Source of the DNA: Lingula anatina
Lineage: Eukaryota; Animalia; Brachiopoda
Length of the DNA stretch: 64,000 nt
NCBI GenBank assembly: GCA_051362555.1
Contig: CM120644.1
Coordinates: forward strand, 22,528,534 to 22,592,533
Direction of reading: 5' to 3'
The notes under the pieces were generated by a model. That model did no database searches. It saw only the letters and a program-made list of their open reading frames with translations, and was not told the origin of the DNA. The first letter of the stretch is position 1; every line of letters begins with the position of its first letter. A program made the position numbers and the translations under genes. Shown here in pieces: positions 1-10,330 of this stretch.

Positions 1-2328
1 GATATTTATATTTAGATCTAGGTTCCATTTCCTTTCGTGTACCAAGTTTTCAGGAGCTTCACTCATGAGAACCTGATAGAAATCTTTACACCCATTTCGA
101 CTCTTTATAAGTAGCTGAACCGGCTGAGGAACATAAGGAAATAAAATATCTTCAAAAATTTCTTCAGTGTTCTTTTCTTTTAGCCTACATTTTAAACTGT
201 TACGTATTCCAAAATATTTTAGATCACATACTCTTTGAAATCCAAATTTCCTTTCCAGTTCAGCTTTGGTTAAAAATTTTCCTTCGTTGAAAAGATCGCC
301 AATTATTCTTATACCCTTATTGTACCATTCTTTGTCCAATATTGATACCCCACCCAATTTTACTTTTCTATTATACCACAGAGGTTCAAGAGCAATATTG
401 CTATTCATATCTTCTATACCGTATGTTAAATCTTTCCAGGAGATAATGACATCTTTCCAAAACCTGTTATTGCAATTGCGTAAGAGTATATCTAAATAAT
501 CATTTCCATAGTCAAATATATTCCAAATAGATTGTAAATCAAAGGTGCTCTGGAGAATAGTGTTATAAACGTTATTTTTAAGGTATAGTCTTCTTATCCA
601 TGTACATTTTAATGCCGTTATGAATTTACTTAAGTCTGTCATTTTTAGACCACCATATTCATAATCCTTTACTATCTGACCTCTCTTTACCTTATCAATT
701 TTGCTACCCCAAATGAATTGGAAAAAAATGGAACTTAGTTTTTTTATGAATACTGGATCTGGATTTGGCAGAGAAATGAAAAGATGGTTCAGCATTGGGA
801 TGATAAGGGTTTTTAAGATAGTAATTCTACCAATAGGGGTAAGTATTCTTCTATTCCAATGCCGAATCATACCCTCTATCTTCGGGATTTGTTTATCAAA
901 GTTTAAAGTGACCATATCGTTTAAATTTACCGAGAATTCTATACCTAAGAGATTAAATTGAGTCGAACCCCAATCAAGTAAATTTGCAAAAAATAATTCT
1001 AGGTCTACCTCTTCTAATTGATTAGTTTTTGACGAGTAAAGGCGTTCATAAAATAACTTTGCTTCATTTAGTATAAGTTTTTGATCAAATATTGTTGTTC
1101 CGTCTGGTAGTTCTAAATTCTGAATAGTTTTATTGACATAATTTCTGGATTCAAGTGAACAAAAATATTTCGTAGGCTTCTCTCCTTCCTCAATCCATCT
1201 GCATTTTGCTCGGACGAGGACTCCTTTTAGTTTTTCTTGTCTGATATTTTTCAACGCCTCCCTCTTAGCCTCAAGTTCGTCCAAAGAATTTTCATTTGGG
1301 TGGTTCATTTCCATTACATAAATTTCTCTTTCTAGTTCTAATTCTTGCCTGTCCCTTTGTTTTTTCTTGAAAGAGGAATGGGAAATTGTCATTCCTCTAA
1401 TTTCCATTAAAAGCATTTCTAAAAATAAGGAGTCATCAATAGTGAAAGATATTTGTTCGTTTGGAATTTCTGTAATATTTTCTTCGGCGTACACCGGAAC
1501 TGCATATTGAACTTTTGTTCTCTTAATTATGTCCTTCACTTTACTCACATATTCCTCATCTTTTAAGAGGGAACTGTTAAATACCCAAGTGCCTTTGCCC
1601 TTAATAAATTTATTTAGCTTTAATTCTAAAATTACGGGTGAATGATCAGATCGGTATGATGCCTTAATAGAAATTTTAGAAACTGAATTTTGAAGGTTAT
1701 CCGCAATTAAAAAGAAATCTAGTCTAGCCTGCCTTCTGGGATTCCTTCTTCTCCATGTGAATCTCCTCTCGTCAGGGTAGAGAAGTCTGAAATAGTCAAT
1801 TATATTTAGGTCATTCATAACTTCAAGTAATTTTTGCCTAGCTCTAGGGTTATTCACATTTGCATAATTTTCTGTGTCTATATCAGGGTTTAAAGTAAGA
1901 TTAAAGTCACCGCAGATCAAGAAATTTTCATTATTAAAGTCTATTATTATATCTCGTACCTGTTCATAAAAATCTGGAGTATCCCTGTTCGGGCCATAAA
2001 TGTTGATTAATGTGAATCTATTTTTTTCTATATTTACATCAAGAGCTAAAAGATTGCCGTCGTTTGTTTTAAATTCCTTAAGGTACTCGAATTCAAAATT
2101 ATTATTTATTAAAATTGCAACACCCCGAGAGTTAGTAGAAAAGAAATTAAAATATGCTTTGTAACCCCATTCTGATAAGATCCTTTTTTCTTCGTGACTG
2201 TCAAAATGGGTATCCTGCAAACATACTATATGATATTTCTTTGATCTGTAGAAGTGAAAAATATCTCTTCTCTTTGTAGAGTCTCTCAGGCCTTGACAGT
2301 TAATAGAAGCGATCTTAATTGAATTCAT
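1..2328 (-). CDS. LINE ORF2-like protein: AP endonuclease, linker and post-RT region, with the RT catalytic core absent (partial; no stop in the window)
   Basis: Manual translation: MNSIKIASINCQGL..CLQDTH..SRGVAIL..NIYGPN..ICGDFN..FTWRR..ARLDFFL..SDHSPV..WVFNSSLL..WIEEGEKPTKYF..FYERLY..NL|LDWGSTQFNLLGIEF..LTPIGRITILK..GGLKM..PLWYN. The ATG, the junction and base 1 share one frame. It is missing from the ORF track, consistent with having no stop in the window. Confidence 0.85.
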   Translation of the reverse strand, partial: MNSIKIASINCQGLRDSTKRRDIFHFYRSKKYHIVCLQDTHFDSHEEKRILSEWGYKAYFNFFSTNSRGVAILINNNFEFEYLKEFKTNDGNLLALDVNIEKNRFTLINIYGPNRDTPDFYEQVRDIIIDFNNENFLICGDFNLTLNPDIDTENYANVNNPRARQKLLEVMNDLNIIDYFRLLYPDERRFTWRRRNPRRQARLDFFLIADNLQNSVSKISIKASYRSDHSPVILELKLNKFIKGKGTWVFNSSLLKDEEYVSKVKDIIKRTKVQYAVPVYAEENITEIPNEQISFTIDDSLFLEMLLMEIRGMTISHSSFKKKQRDRQELELEREIYVMEMNHPNENSLDELEAKREALKNIRQEKLKGVLVRAKCRWIEEGEKPTKYFCSLESRNYVNKTIQNLELPDGTTIFDQKLILNEAKLFYERLYSSKTNQLEEVDLELFFANLLDWGSTQFNLLGIEFSVNLNDMVTLNFDKQIPKIEGMIRHWNRRILTPIGRITILKTLIIPMLNHLFISLPNPDPVFIKKLSSIFFQFIWGSKIDKVKRGQIVKDYEYGGLKMTDLSKFITALKCTWIRRLYLKNNVYNTILQSTFDLQSIWNIFDYGNDYLDILLRNCNNRFWKDVIISWKDLTYGIEDMNSNIALEPLWYNRKVKLGGVSILDKEWYNKGIRIIGDLFNEGKFLTKAELERKFGFQRVCDLKYFGIRNSLKCRLKEKNTEEIFEDILFPYVPQPVQLLIKSRNGCKDFYQVLMSEAPENLVHERKWNLDLNINI

Positions 2329-2933
2329 GCTAAGTGGTAAAAAAAAAAACCTGTTAGTAAACATAATACACTGCTATTCACGGGCATACGATGATTAGGT
2401 ACATTTTTTATGTTATTGAAAGAGAATATGCTCGAGTACAGCAATGATAGTATGACTGAGAGGAGTATTCTAGTTTGACATTCCTAAATCTAACATGCCG
2501 TGATATACATGTAAGAGTGTTCCTTTCTTCACAATAGAACAAAGATAGGAAGCTAACAGTGAGCATCTCATAGTAATGTGCTACCAACCATAATTTTACG
2601 CAAGCATACACAATCACACACACACGCATGAATGAATAATTTCTATACCCTTGCACAGGGAACATAATAGATACAGTACAACCGGAGTGATGTCTACTCA
2701 GGTCTTGCAGCTCAAGCTGTGTCAGTCAACCAAATAATAGTCATCAAGGAGAAAGTAATCTGAAAAATATTACGTACAATAAATATACATATGGCTTCTA
2801 TATTACATTATTGGTAAATTAAACACAGTGTATTGTTCAGGTAGAAGAAGCAATAAGTTACAGTTATTTCGTTTACCACAGTTCATAAGTACACTGTATT
2901 CAGTCTACTGTTTACATTGTATATGTAGGTGGA

Positions 2934-3185
2934 TTATGAGCCACGATACTTCTTTATTTTTTCTTCTATATTGTCAAAAAGGTCAAATTTAATTCTTTTC
3001 CCAGTGGACTTTTGGGCATAAACTCCTCCATTGTAGAAACCAGACATAGTCCACTAATCCAGTCTGCCTTATTTTGGACATAAGGGCCAGGTTTCTATGG
3101 GTAATATCATCGTAGAGCCTCACACTTGATTTTATTTCCTTTTTCTTGGTCATAATTGATTCATTAAGTGATTCATTAATAAATA
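2934..3185 (-). pseudogene. LINE ORF1 C-terminal fragment with a frameshift
   Basis: ESIMTKKKEIKSSVRLYDDITHRNLALMSKIRQTGLVDYVWF, then a +1 shift near 3038 to YNGGVYAQKSTGKRIKFDLFDNIEEKIKKYRGS*. It lies upstream of ORF2 on the same strand. Confidence 0.6.
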
Positions 3186-3320
3186 TAGTAACCTTAATTC
3201 CTTTCTTTGTGCAATAATGGTTGGTCAAGCCACCAGGTATCAAATCATTTTTGACGTGATGGCAGGCCAAATACAGATTCATATCGGGACTATAAAAAAT
3301 ATCACAACCCCCTCCCTCCC

Positions 3321-3360
<40 letters not shown>

Positions 3361-3653
3361 AACACCCAGTTCACCTGTGCTAGCAGCATATTACTGATAT
3401 ATCACGCTGTACGGGTGACAGTAGCCGGCTTCCTATCACTATGTATGGGTGACAGAGAGGAGCATTTTCACAATGACTGTGATGTGTACAGATAACTTTA
3501 TCAAACAATACATCAGAGTTATTAACATGCGTCATGGCCTTGGCATATCATAATAGGGTTGGGGCGTTCTGACTATGTAGACTTTGCACCGTTCTCTATA
3601 TTGACAACATCACCTGATTGTTGACAAATTTGAAGCAGTATAGATATGAAACG

Positions 3654-3698
3654 ATATATAAAGCTATGCAACTGTCTGGCAGCACTAGTGGGCGGGGC
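3654..3698 (+). promoter_or_regulatory. TATA-like and GC-box motifs upstream of TRIM copy 1
   Basis: TATATAAAAG near 3656 and GGGCGGGGC near 3690. Both are conserved upstream of TRIM copy 2 (near 39473 and 39531). Confidence 0.35.
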
Positions 3699-3727
3699 GC
3701 TGTGCCCACTCTGGGCGTTAATATACC

Positions 3728-5908
3728 ATGGCAATGGCTTCGAAAGAGATGTGCAGCGTCAGTGAGAACTTTCTAACATGCCATATATGTCTGGGAGAAT
3801 ATAAAGACCCGAGAGTGCTCCCCTGTTACCACACGTTCTGTCTAGAATGCATTGCTGACCATGCAGCCAAGAATGGTGTCCAGAATAAGTTCTCCTGTCC
3901 CGTGTGTCGCCAAGAGGCCCCCGTACCACCAGGTGGGTTAGAAAATCTCTTGAAAAACTTCTTCTTAAGAAAAGTAACAGACTGCGTGAGAGATCAGAAA
4001 GCGCCAGAGGGGAGACTATGTGAGTATTGTAAGCAGAAAGATGCCACTTTGCAGTGTCAAGGTTGTCCCAAAACCAACCAACTGTGCGTTACATGCTGTG
4101 AATTGCATGACAGCATCCCTGCACTAAAAGGACATCACTTTGTACCTATGTCACAAGTCAACTTCTCAGTTAACCCATATAACATACGACATCAGGTACG
4201 CCACTTTATAGATGAAGCTCAATACTGCGACAAACACGACAGCGAGTTGGTGACATTCTATTGTGAAGAGGATGACACCGTGGCATGTAGGGATTGTATT
4301 TTGGAAACTCACAGTAAACATGACTTTAAAAAAATTGGAGATGTTGTGAAGGTACAACGGGAGTTAATACAAGAAAAACTGAGATGTATTCCGAATGCGA
4401 AACTGTCTCGTTTTGAAAAGTTGGAGAAAGCCATTGTAAGAACGGAAAAGAGGCTGACAGACAATCAGACAAAGACTCTTCGTTTGGTGGCTTTTCAAAG
4501 ATTATTTATGACAAAGGAGATAAATGGAAACAGTAAAACTATTAAAAGTGAACTCAGCGATTATTACCAGCAAGTAGAGAAAGATCTACATAAACAGGCG
4601 GACGCGTATCTGGACGATGTCAAACAACATTTGGAAACGTATCGAACGAAAGTACAGTCTGATTACACCAAAATGAAAAGATCTCTTAATGATAAAAGCA
4701 ACACACTACATGTAGAAGTTAAGGCACATACGTCCACGCAGATGAAGACTTTAGAAGCTGAAAAGGACAAGCAAGAAATGAACAAGACTTCCATTCAGAG
4801 CACTCTTGATTTCGCTCAGCAGCTCACAGACACCGGTTCTGACGTCGAGGTCGTGACCCACTCTAAAAAAATCCAAGCAAGCATTCAGGCGTTGCAGAAA
4901 TTAGAACCTGTCTTTGATACAAAGATAACCGACATAATATTTACACCAGGGCAAGCAGAAATGGACCTTGTTCTACAGTTTCCTAAAATTCCTGAAGCTC
5001 GGCCGCTGTGCATCAAAACAGGGTCCCTTACGGCCAAAACATACCGGGGTCCCTTGGATGCGCATTTTGGAAGTTTAAAGCACGAGAGAGCGATGGTTTT
5101 TCAGAAAGTTGCATGGCTTGATAAGCCGGAGCGGAATACTTGTTTGAACGTAAAGGATTGGCTGCGTGATATCCAGTGCATAGATGACTGGTGTGTTTTA
5201 GTTGTAGGGTCTAGTGATACAGTGTCCGTATTCTCCAGCACAGGTCAATGTAATCGTAAGATCAGTATAGAGGGAGGGGCGAGGTATATCACTACAGTCA
5301 GTAACAATAGTTTCGTGGTCACATGCAGAGATAAATGCTGTAGACTGTATTCAACATCAGGTCAGGGTATCCGCTGTTTTGGTCAGGATGATATGTCGGA
5401 TCCCTGGGGTGTCACTGTAGACCGCACAGAGTGTAAGGTGTATGTGTGTGATAGTGGTGCACAGTGTATCTGCGTGTACAACATAATATCTTTTCAACTT
5501 GTTAACAGAATTCCTATCCCAATGTGCAGTAAAGGTTCACTGCGCTGTGCATACCATCACGGTATCAATGCAATTATAGTCAGCGACTGCAAGGCCGACT
5601 CTGTGTATGCAGTGACACCCCAGGGAGACGTCATGTTCCAGTACGGAGCACGAGGTCAGAGTGGAAGTGGAGACGGACAACTGTACGATCCGAGAGGGGT
5701 GTGCGTAGATAACTTTGGACATATATTCATAGCTGACCGTGATAATGACAGGGTGGTTGTCCTTGGTCTAGACGGAACATTTTTACGCAGCATTTTATCA
5801 AGCAGCGACAACATTGAGCTCCCTTTGTCCGTCTCTATCGACAGTAACGGGGGGCTTGTTGTTGGATCCGTCAGAGGAAAAATATCCACGTATAAGTATA
5901 TCGCTTAG
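3728..5908 (+). CDS. TRIM E3 ubiquitin ligase (RING, B-box1, B-box2, coiled coil, NHL repeats), copy 1, single-exon CDS, 726 aa
   Basis: C3HC4 RING CHIC..PCYHTFCLEC..CPVC; B-boxes CEYC..CQGC..CVTC..H and CDKH..YC..D..CRDC..H..H; coiled coil; NHL motifs DPWGVTVD and GQLYDPRGVCVDNFGHIFIADRDNDRV; Kozak-like ACCATGG. Confidence 0.93.
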   Translation: MAMASKEMCSVSENFLTCHICLGEYKDPRVLPCYHTFCLECIADHAAKNGVQNKFSCPVCRQEAPVPPGGLENLLKNFFLRKVTDCVRDQKAPEGRLCEYCKQKDATLQCQGCPKTNQLCVTCCELHDSIPALKGHHFVPMSQVNFSVNPYNIRHQVRHFIDEAQYCDKHDSELVTFYCEEDDTVACRDCILETHSKHDFKKIGDVVKVQRELIQEKLRCIPNAKLSRFEKLEKAIVRTEKRLTDNQTKTLRLVAFQRLFMTKEINGNSKTIKSELSDYYQQVEKDLHKQADAYLDDVKQHLETYRTKVQSDYTKMKRSLNDKSNTLHVEVKAHTSTQMKTLEAEKDKQEMNKTSIQSTLDFAQQLTDTGSDVEVVTHSKKIQASIQALQKLEPVFDTKITDIIFTPGQAEMDLVLQFPKIPEARPLCIKTGSLTAKTYRGPLDAHFGSLKHERAMVFQKVAWLDKPERNTCLNVKDWLRDIQCIDDWCVLVVGSSDTVSVFSSTGQCNRKISIEGGARYITTVSNNSFVVTCRDKCCRLYSTSGQGIRCFGQDDMSDPWGVTVDRTECKVYVCDSGAQCICVYNIISFQLVNRIPIPMCSKGSLRCAYHHGINAIIVSDCKADSVYAVTPQGDVMFQYGARGQSGSGDGQLYDPRGVCVDNFGHIFIADRDNDRVVVLGLDGTFLRSILSSSDNIELPLSVSIDSNGGLVVGSVRGKISTYKYIA

Positions 5909-6031
5909 CAATGACTTTATGATTTGAGAATGTGATGATGTTTAAATTGTGATTACTGTTACAGAAAAAAAGGTAATGAACACACTTATAACGTACTTTA
6001 GAACCATATATCACTAGGTTCGTTTAATATA

Positions 6032-6244
6032 CACACACTGGACAATAGAAGTGTCCCCCCCCCCCTGAATCGGAGTAATCAAAGTTATAATACCTGGTAT
6101 TTATAATGTGACTAATGAGTTGTATTGTTGGTCTTTTTGTGAAATTTGATGTTAATAAATTGATACCAGGAGGATATCATTCCACAGCCATTTATCTCAT
6201 TTATTGGTTCAGTAGGGTGACACTTTTATTGTCCAGTGTGTGTG
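6032..6244. mobile_element. Tc1-derived MITE (about 213 bp) with TA target duplication
   Basis: Ends TA-CACACACTGGACAATAGAAGTGTC and GTGACACTTTTATTGTCCAGTGTGTGTG-TA match the TIRs of the Tc1 at 28218-29656. It is absent from the homologous flank of TRIM copy 2 (about 41900). Confidence 0.85.
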
Positions 6245-8139
6245 TACATACTGAAAGTGGGCAGAAATTGTAGTTGAATTACATAAATATCTGCATAGAG
6301 ACGTATGAGTTAATTAATTTTATCACTTTATAAGCACTGTCATCATGTTATTTTATCGCAGTCACAGTTTTTTTTTTTTACTTAATATAAGTTAATTGTT
6401 GACTTGTTTCATGTTTGTTCATGAAACTATTTGATATATTATTTAATTTTTATTTTCATTTGAATAATTATACATGCATATGATCGAAATGGCATATAAC
6501 AAGAATTATAAAGATAGGACTCTGCTGGTTATATAGGCACTACTCTTAATAACAATTTAATGTGTTAGAAATTAAACTAAATGAGTCTTCGTTATGTTAA
6601 ATGTTTTTTTTTTTTTCATTCTTTTGCTAAGTACTGAGGTTAAGACAAAGAAAATCAGACGCAAGCAGAACGATTTTTTGTTTTCAGTAATCTTCACCAT
6701 TTTAATGTCGACTGTGAAATCGCTCAGTGCAGTCTTGTGGGGACAACGAAGTATAGTCACCAGTTAGAGAAAACACGAGGAGGGCCCACGCTTTCTCACA
6801 CCAGTAGGACACATACTGTCGAAAAGTGGTGTACTTCGGCACGTCATGATTGTCCATTCGCTACGTCTGAGTAACAAAATAGCCAGAGAATGGCGATTGG
6901 TTGAAAATTAGGACGTTACATGTAAATCTACATTGCAAAAAATCTACACTGGCTTGAAATTTTATATTTTGTAAAGTGAATAAGCATTTGTTCTTCTGTC
7001 GAAAAATAGCATAGTTTTACCAACAAACCGTAAATAATTCTTTCCACCGTGTCCTGAATACAGAGGACGGAATTTTACAAAACCAAACACGTATACATGT
7101 ATGCCTAGGGAGGGGCTATAATGCGAGAAATTTGTTAATACATATAACATTCGCTTAAATTGAGAAAAATGATTGCCAATATATGGAGGCTTTCAATTTT
7201 TAAAGGAAAAAAACCGCAAACTCTTCGGTTTGTAAGTATCGACGGAAAATCTGGCTAGTTGTCAAAATCGGCGCTAATTTACTCCCGCACAGCGCCATCT
7301 AATAAAATACGCATTTTTACCGTACTTTACGCAAATAAACACCTTTATTTATTCTAAAAAGTTTCGAACCCTCTGAAGATGCAATGAAAGCAGTCGGGAC
7401 AAAATAACTGCTGCTCTTTATTTCTTTTTATTTTATATATATATATATTTTTTTTTTTCTTTCGTAATCCTACGTCGCTGTTTTGTTTCAAAGAGTAACC
7501 ATCCTTAGACATGCCCTTTTCACACATGCATCGCATGGCACTGTGTAGATGGCAAGGCTATAGCTTAGTATCTGTATCAATACAAGTGTCAGCTATGACC
7601 TATGGCCTGCACAGAATAAGAAGGACCTGCAGATTTCTAGATGTGCTGGTCCTCTGGATCTTCAGTACCTCTAAAGTTTCCTTCAAGTCTGCTACTGACT
7701 ACAGTGGTCAGCATTATAGCTTCACACAACATATCACTGTGTTTGCTGTCGTACCGCACGTTAATTAGAAATAAAACTATGTCGATTTTCGATAGTTAAG
7801 AGGGTACAATATTCAATACATGCCGTGTTTTATGCAATACATGCTGTGACATATTTCCTTTTGTTGCTTGATTTAAATATAGAAGATAAAATAAAATTAC
7901 AGATAATGGTACCCAAAATACTAAAATTGCATTAATATATATCCAGATAAAAGAATTAATCGCCACCAGGCATGGTGTGCATATTAAACATATGGGAATA
8001 CAAAACTTGCGTTTGCCAATTTGTCTGATGAATCGTCAGAATACATTTAATCCGCGTTTAATTCAACAAGCCAATTGTATTTTTAAAACCTATGGAATGC
8101 ACCACCAATCAGCTGCCAAAAGTTCTGTAAATACCGAAA

Positions 8140-10330
8140 TTATGGCAAAGTGGCGGGAAATGTCATCACGTTCCGAGCACTCTGCTTATTTCCCGGTCCT
8201 GAAAACATCACCCCTCGTCCCAAGCCAGCCCCCCACGAACTCTCTTCCAGAATACCGTCGATTATGGTGAGGGAACCGTAAGTCAAAAAGGTCCGGCTTT
8301 CGAAATGGATGACAAGTTTTGACTTTTGGAATATGTTGCTACATGCGAAGCAAGTGACGTAATCGCCGTATAAGATCTTTGCGCCTTCAGGGAGAAGTGT
8401 GTCGAATGTACCGGTTGTCTGGAATTCTTTATGAACCGTCACTATCCAGCCTGAAGAAGAGGAATGTGAGATTAAGCTACAGTAATGATGCCTGTACGTT
8501 GTCACCTTTATTTTAAGGTTTTTCATTTTGCATCATAACATTACAGATTTGACAATTGATATGGAAGACTGTAGTTTCAAAGGTACAGGGAATGGGGTAT
8601 GCCAAGGTAAAAATGCGTTTTTTTTTCTAAAACCTCACACAAGATATTTGAATGGAGAGGTATATAATCAGGTGTGTCGCTACATATTAAATGACTACCA
8701 TGTTCTGTTTCAATAGCTGTCGTATAACTTAATTATAGAAAATGTATTCTTTGTTTGCTTCACTGGGGAATTCAATTAATTAACTGATGTCACAATAACA
8801 TCAAAAAGATTAAATAATTCAAACTGTATTTTAATTCTTATTTTCATGCTTCAGTCAGCAAAATAGGGGAAAAAACAAAACTGATGAAAAATGATCCGGA
8901 AAATTTTTCAATATTTATTTCAAGTCTGCATATCTACATGTACTATGCATATATTCTAAAATTAAACACAGTTGACTGTTTAGTGTTTTAACAAATGTAG
9001 CGTACTATGTACATCATATATATTTTTTAAAATAACATTTCGAATGCAAAAGAAAGAGAAAATAATAAAAAATTAAAATACAAATGTGAAGATTCCATTT
9101 TATTGAGGCACATAGCTTAAATTTCCTCTAAAAGTGTTAACTTAATTATCAGAACCTTATTAATTTGTTCTTTATTTTCATCCTACGGACAACCATTACC
9201 ATAAACCAATTAAATGACTACGGGCCTCGGTTCCTGGGGGACTAGAATTACTGTTACACCGGCTTCCCATCACTCTGCACGGGTGACATTCGTCCCATAT
9301 ACTAATCCCAATACACCAACTAGCCTAAACCTATATTAACCATGTGGTATCTCGGACTTCCATTCTTGTGACATAAGGTTTGTGCACAGACGTAAAAGAT
9401 TCACTCTTACCTGACTCAGACACAGGGGTATTGAAAAACTGCACTTTATCTCCTCTACTGGCTGACACAAGCCTGTACCTGGCGGCGGGGTCCAAGATGA
9501 AGGTACTGAATGTAAAGGCCCCGTCTTCACTAGTCACTGCCTTGGTGCCATCTATGTACGCTTCGTCCGGTATCCCGGTGAAATCAATGCCGTATTTGTT
9601 CTTAAGAGATAGAATTGTGTGTGGAAATTAATGTTGTAAAATTGGAAAGTGTCTAAATTGGATAGATAGTGTGTATATAAATCAAAGATGAGCTAAAATG
9701 CTTATTGGTAACTAAACCGGAATTATATTTTCATGACAATAGCAATGCAAATGTGTATTCCCTTTTCAATTGAGAGAGAGAGAGTGAGAGAGAGAGAGAG
9801 ATCTTACGTAGTCTCACCTTTAACCACGCGGTAGCTCTCTTCCCCTCAGCAATGGCGTCCGTCTCAGAGCGGCCAGCCTTTTGCTGATGAGCCAGAATAT
9901 CACTGCGCGTTCCTTGGACGTTACTTAGGTCTACCGTTCCATCGATGACGAGGGTGAGGACATAGTTGTAGCAAGGTGTCTCTGGTTTTTGACACGTGTC
10001 CGTGCGTCGTTGCCAGGGGACATGCCCGAAGAAGTACATATATGGATTTGGGTGATATTTACCAATGCTGTCCACGCCGGGTCTGGCGATGGAGGCCACC
10101 AAGATGAAGACCAAGGCGGAAAGGAGTTTCCTATAGTGAAGATTGGTGCAAGCAATTAGGTTATGCTGCATGTATGTTAATAGACAGATACACAAACACG
10201 CATACACATATTCACACGCACACATACATACAAACAGAGAGAGAGAGAGGGAGAGGGAGAAAGATAAATAACACGATAAATAACGAATATGAAGAACGGC
10301 TGCAATCACCCACCTGACTGAAATCTCCAT
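8140..10330 (-). CDS. Uncharacterised secreted protein, array copy A1, 276 aa; exons 10314-10330, 9818-10130, 9411-9600, 8140-8450
   Basis: GT-AG splice sites with consistent phases (2,0,1). MEISVRKLLSALVFILVASIA hydrophobic leader; DTCQKPETPCYNYVLT..; NKYGIDFTG..; GWIVTV..YGDYV..SWGAGLGRG..RNVMTFP. Confidence 0.85.

Larger units (their letters stand above)
1..3185 (-). mobile_element. L1/Tx1-clade non-LTR retrotransposon, 5'-truncated within ORF1, running off the window start
   Basis: ORF1 C-terminal remnant (2934-3185), a spacer, then ORF2 from ATG 2328 with AP-endonuclease motifs. Confidence 0.85.

Noticed and set aside
266-961. Plus-strand ORFs of 77 and 86 aa
   Set aside because: They are antisense shadows of the LINE ORF2.
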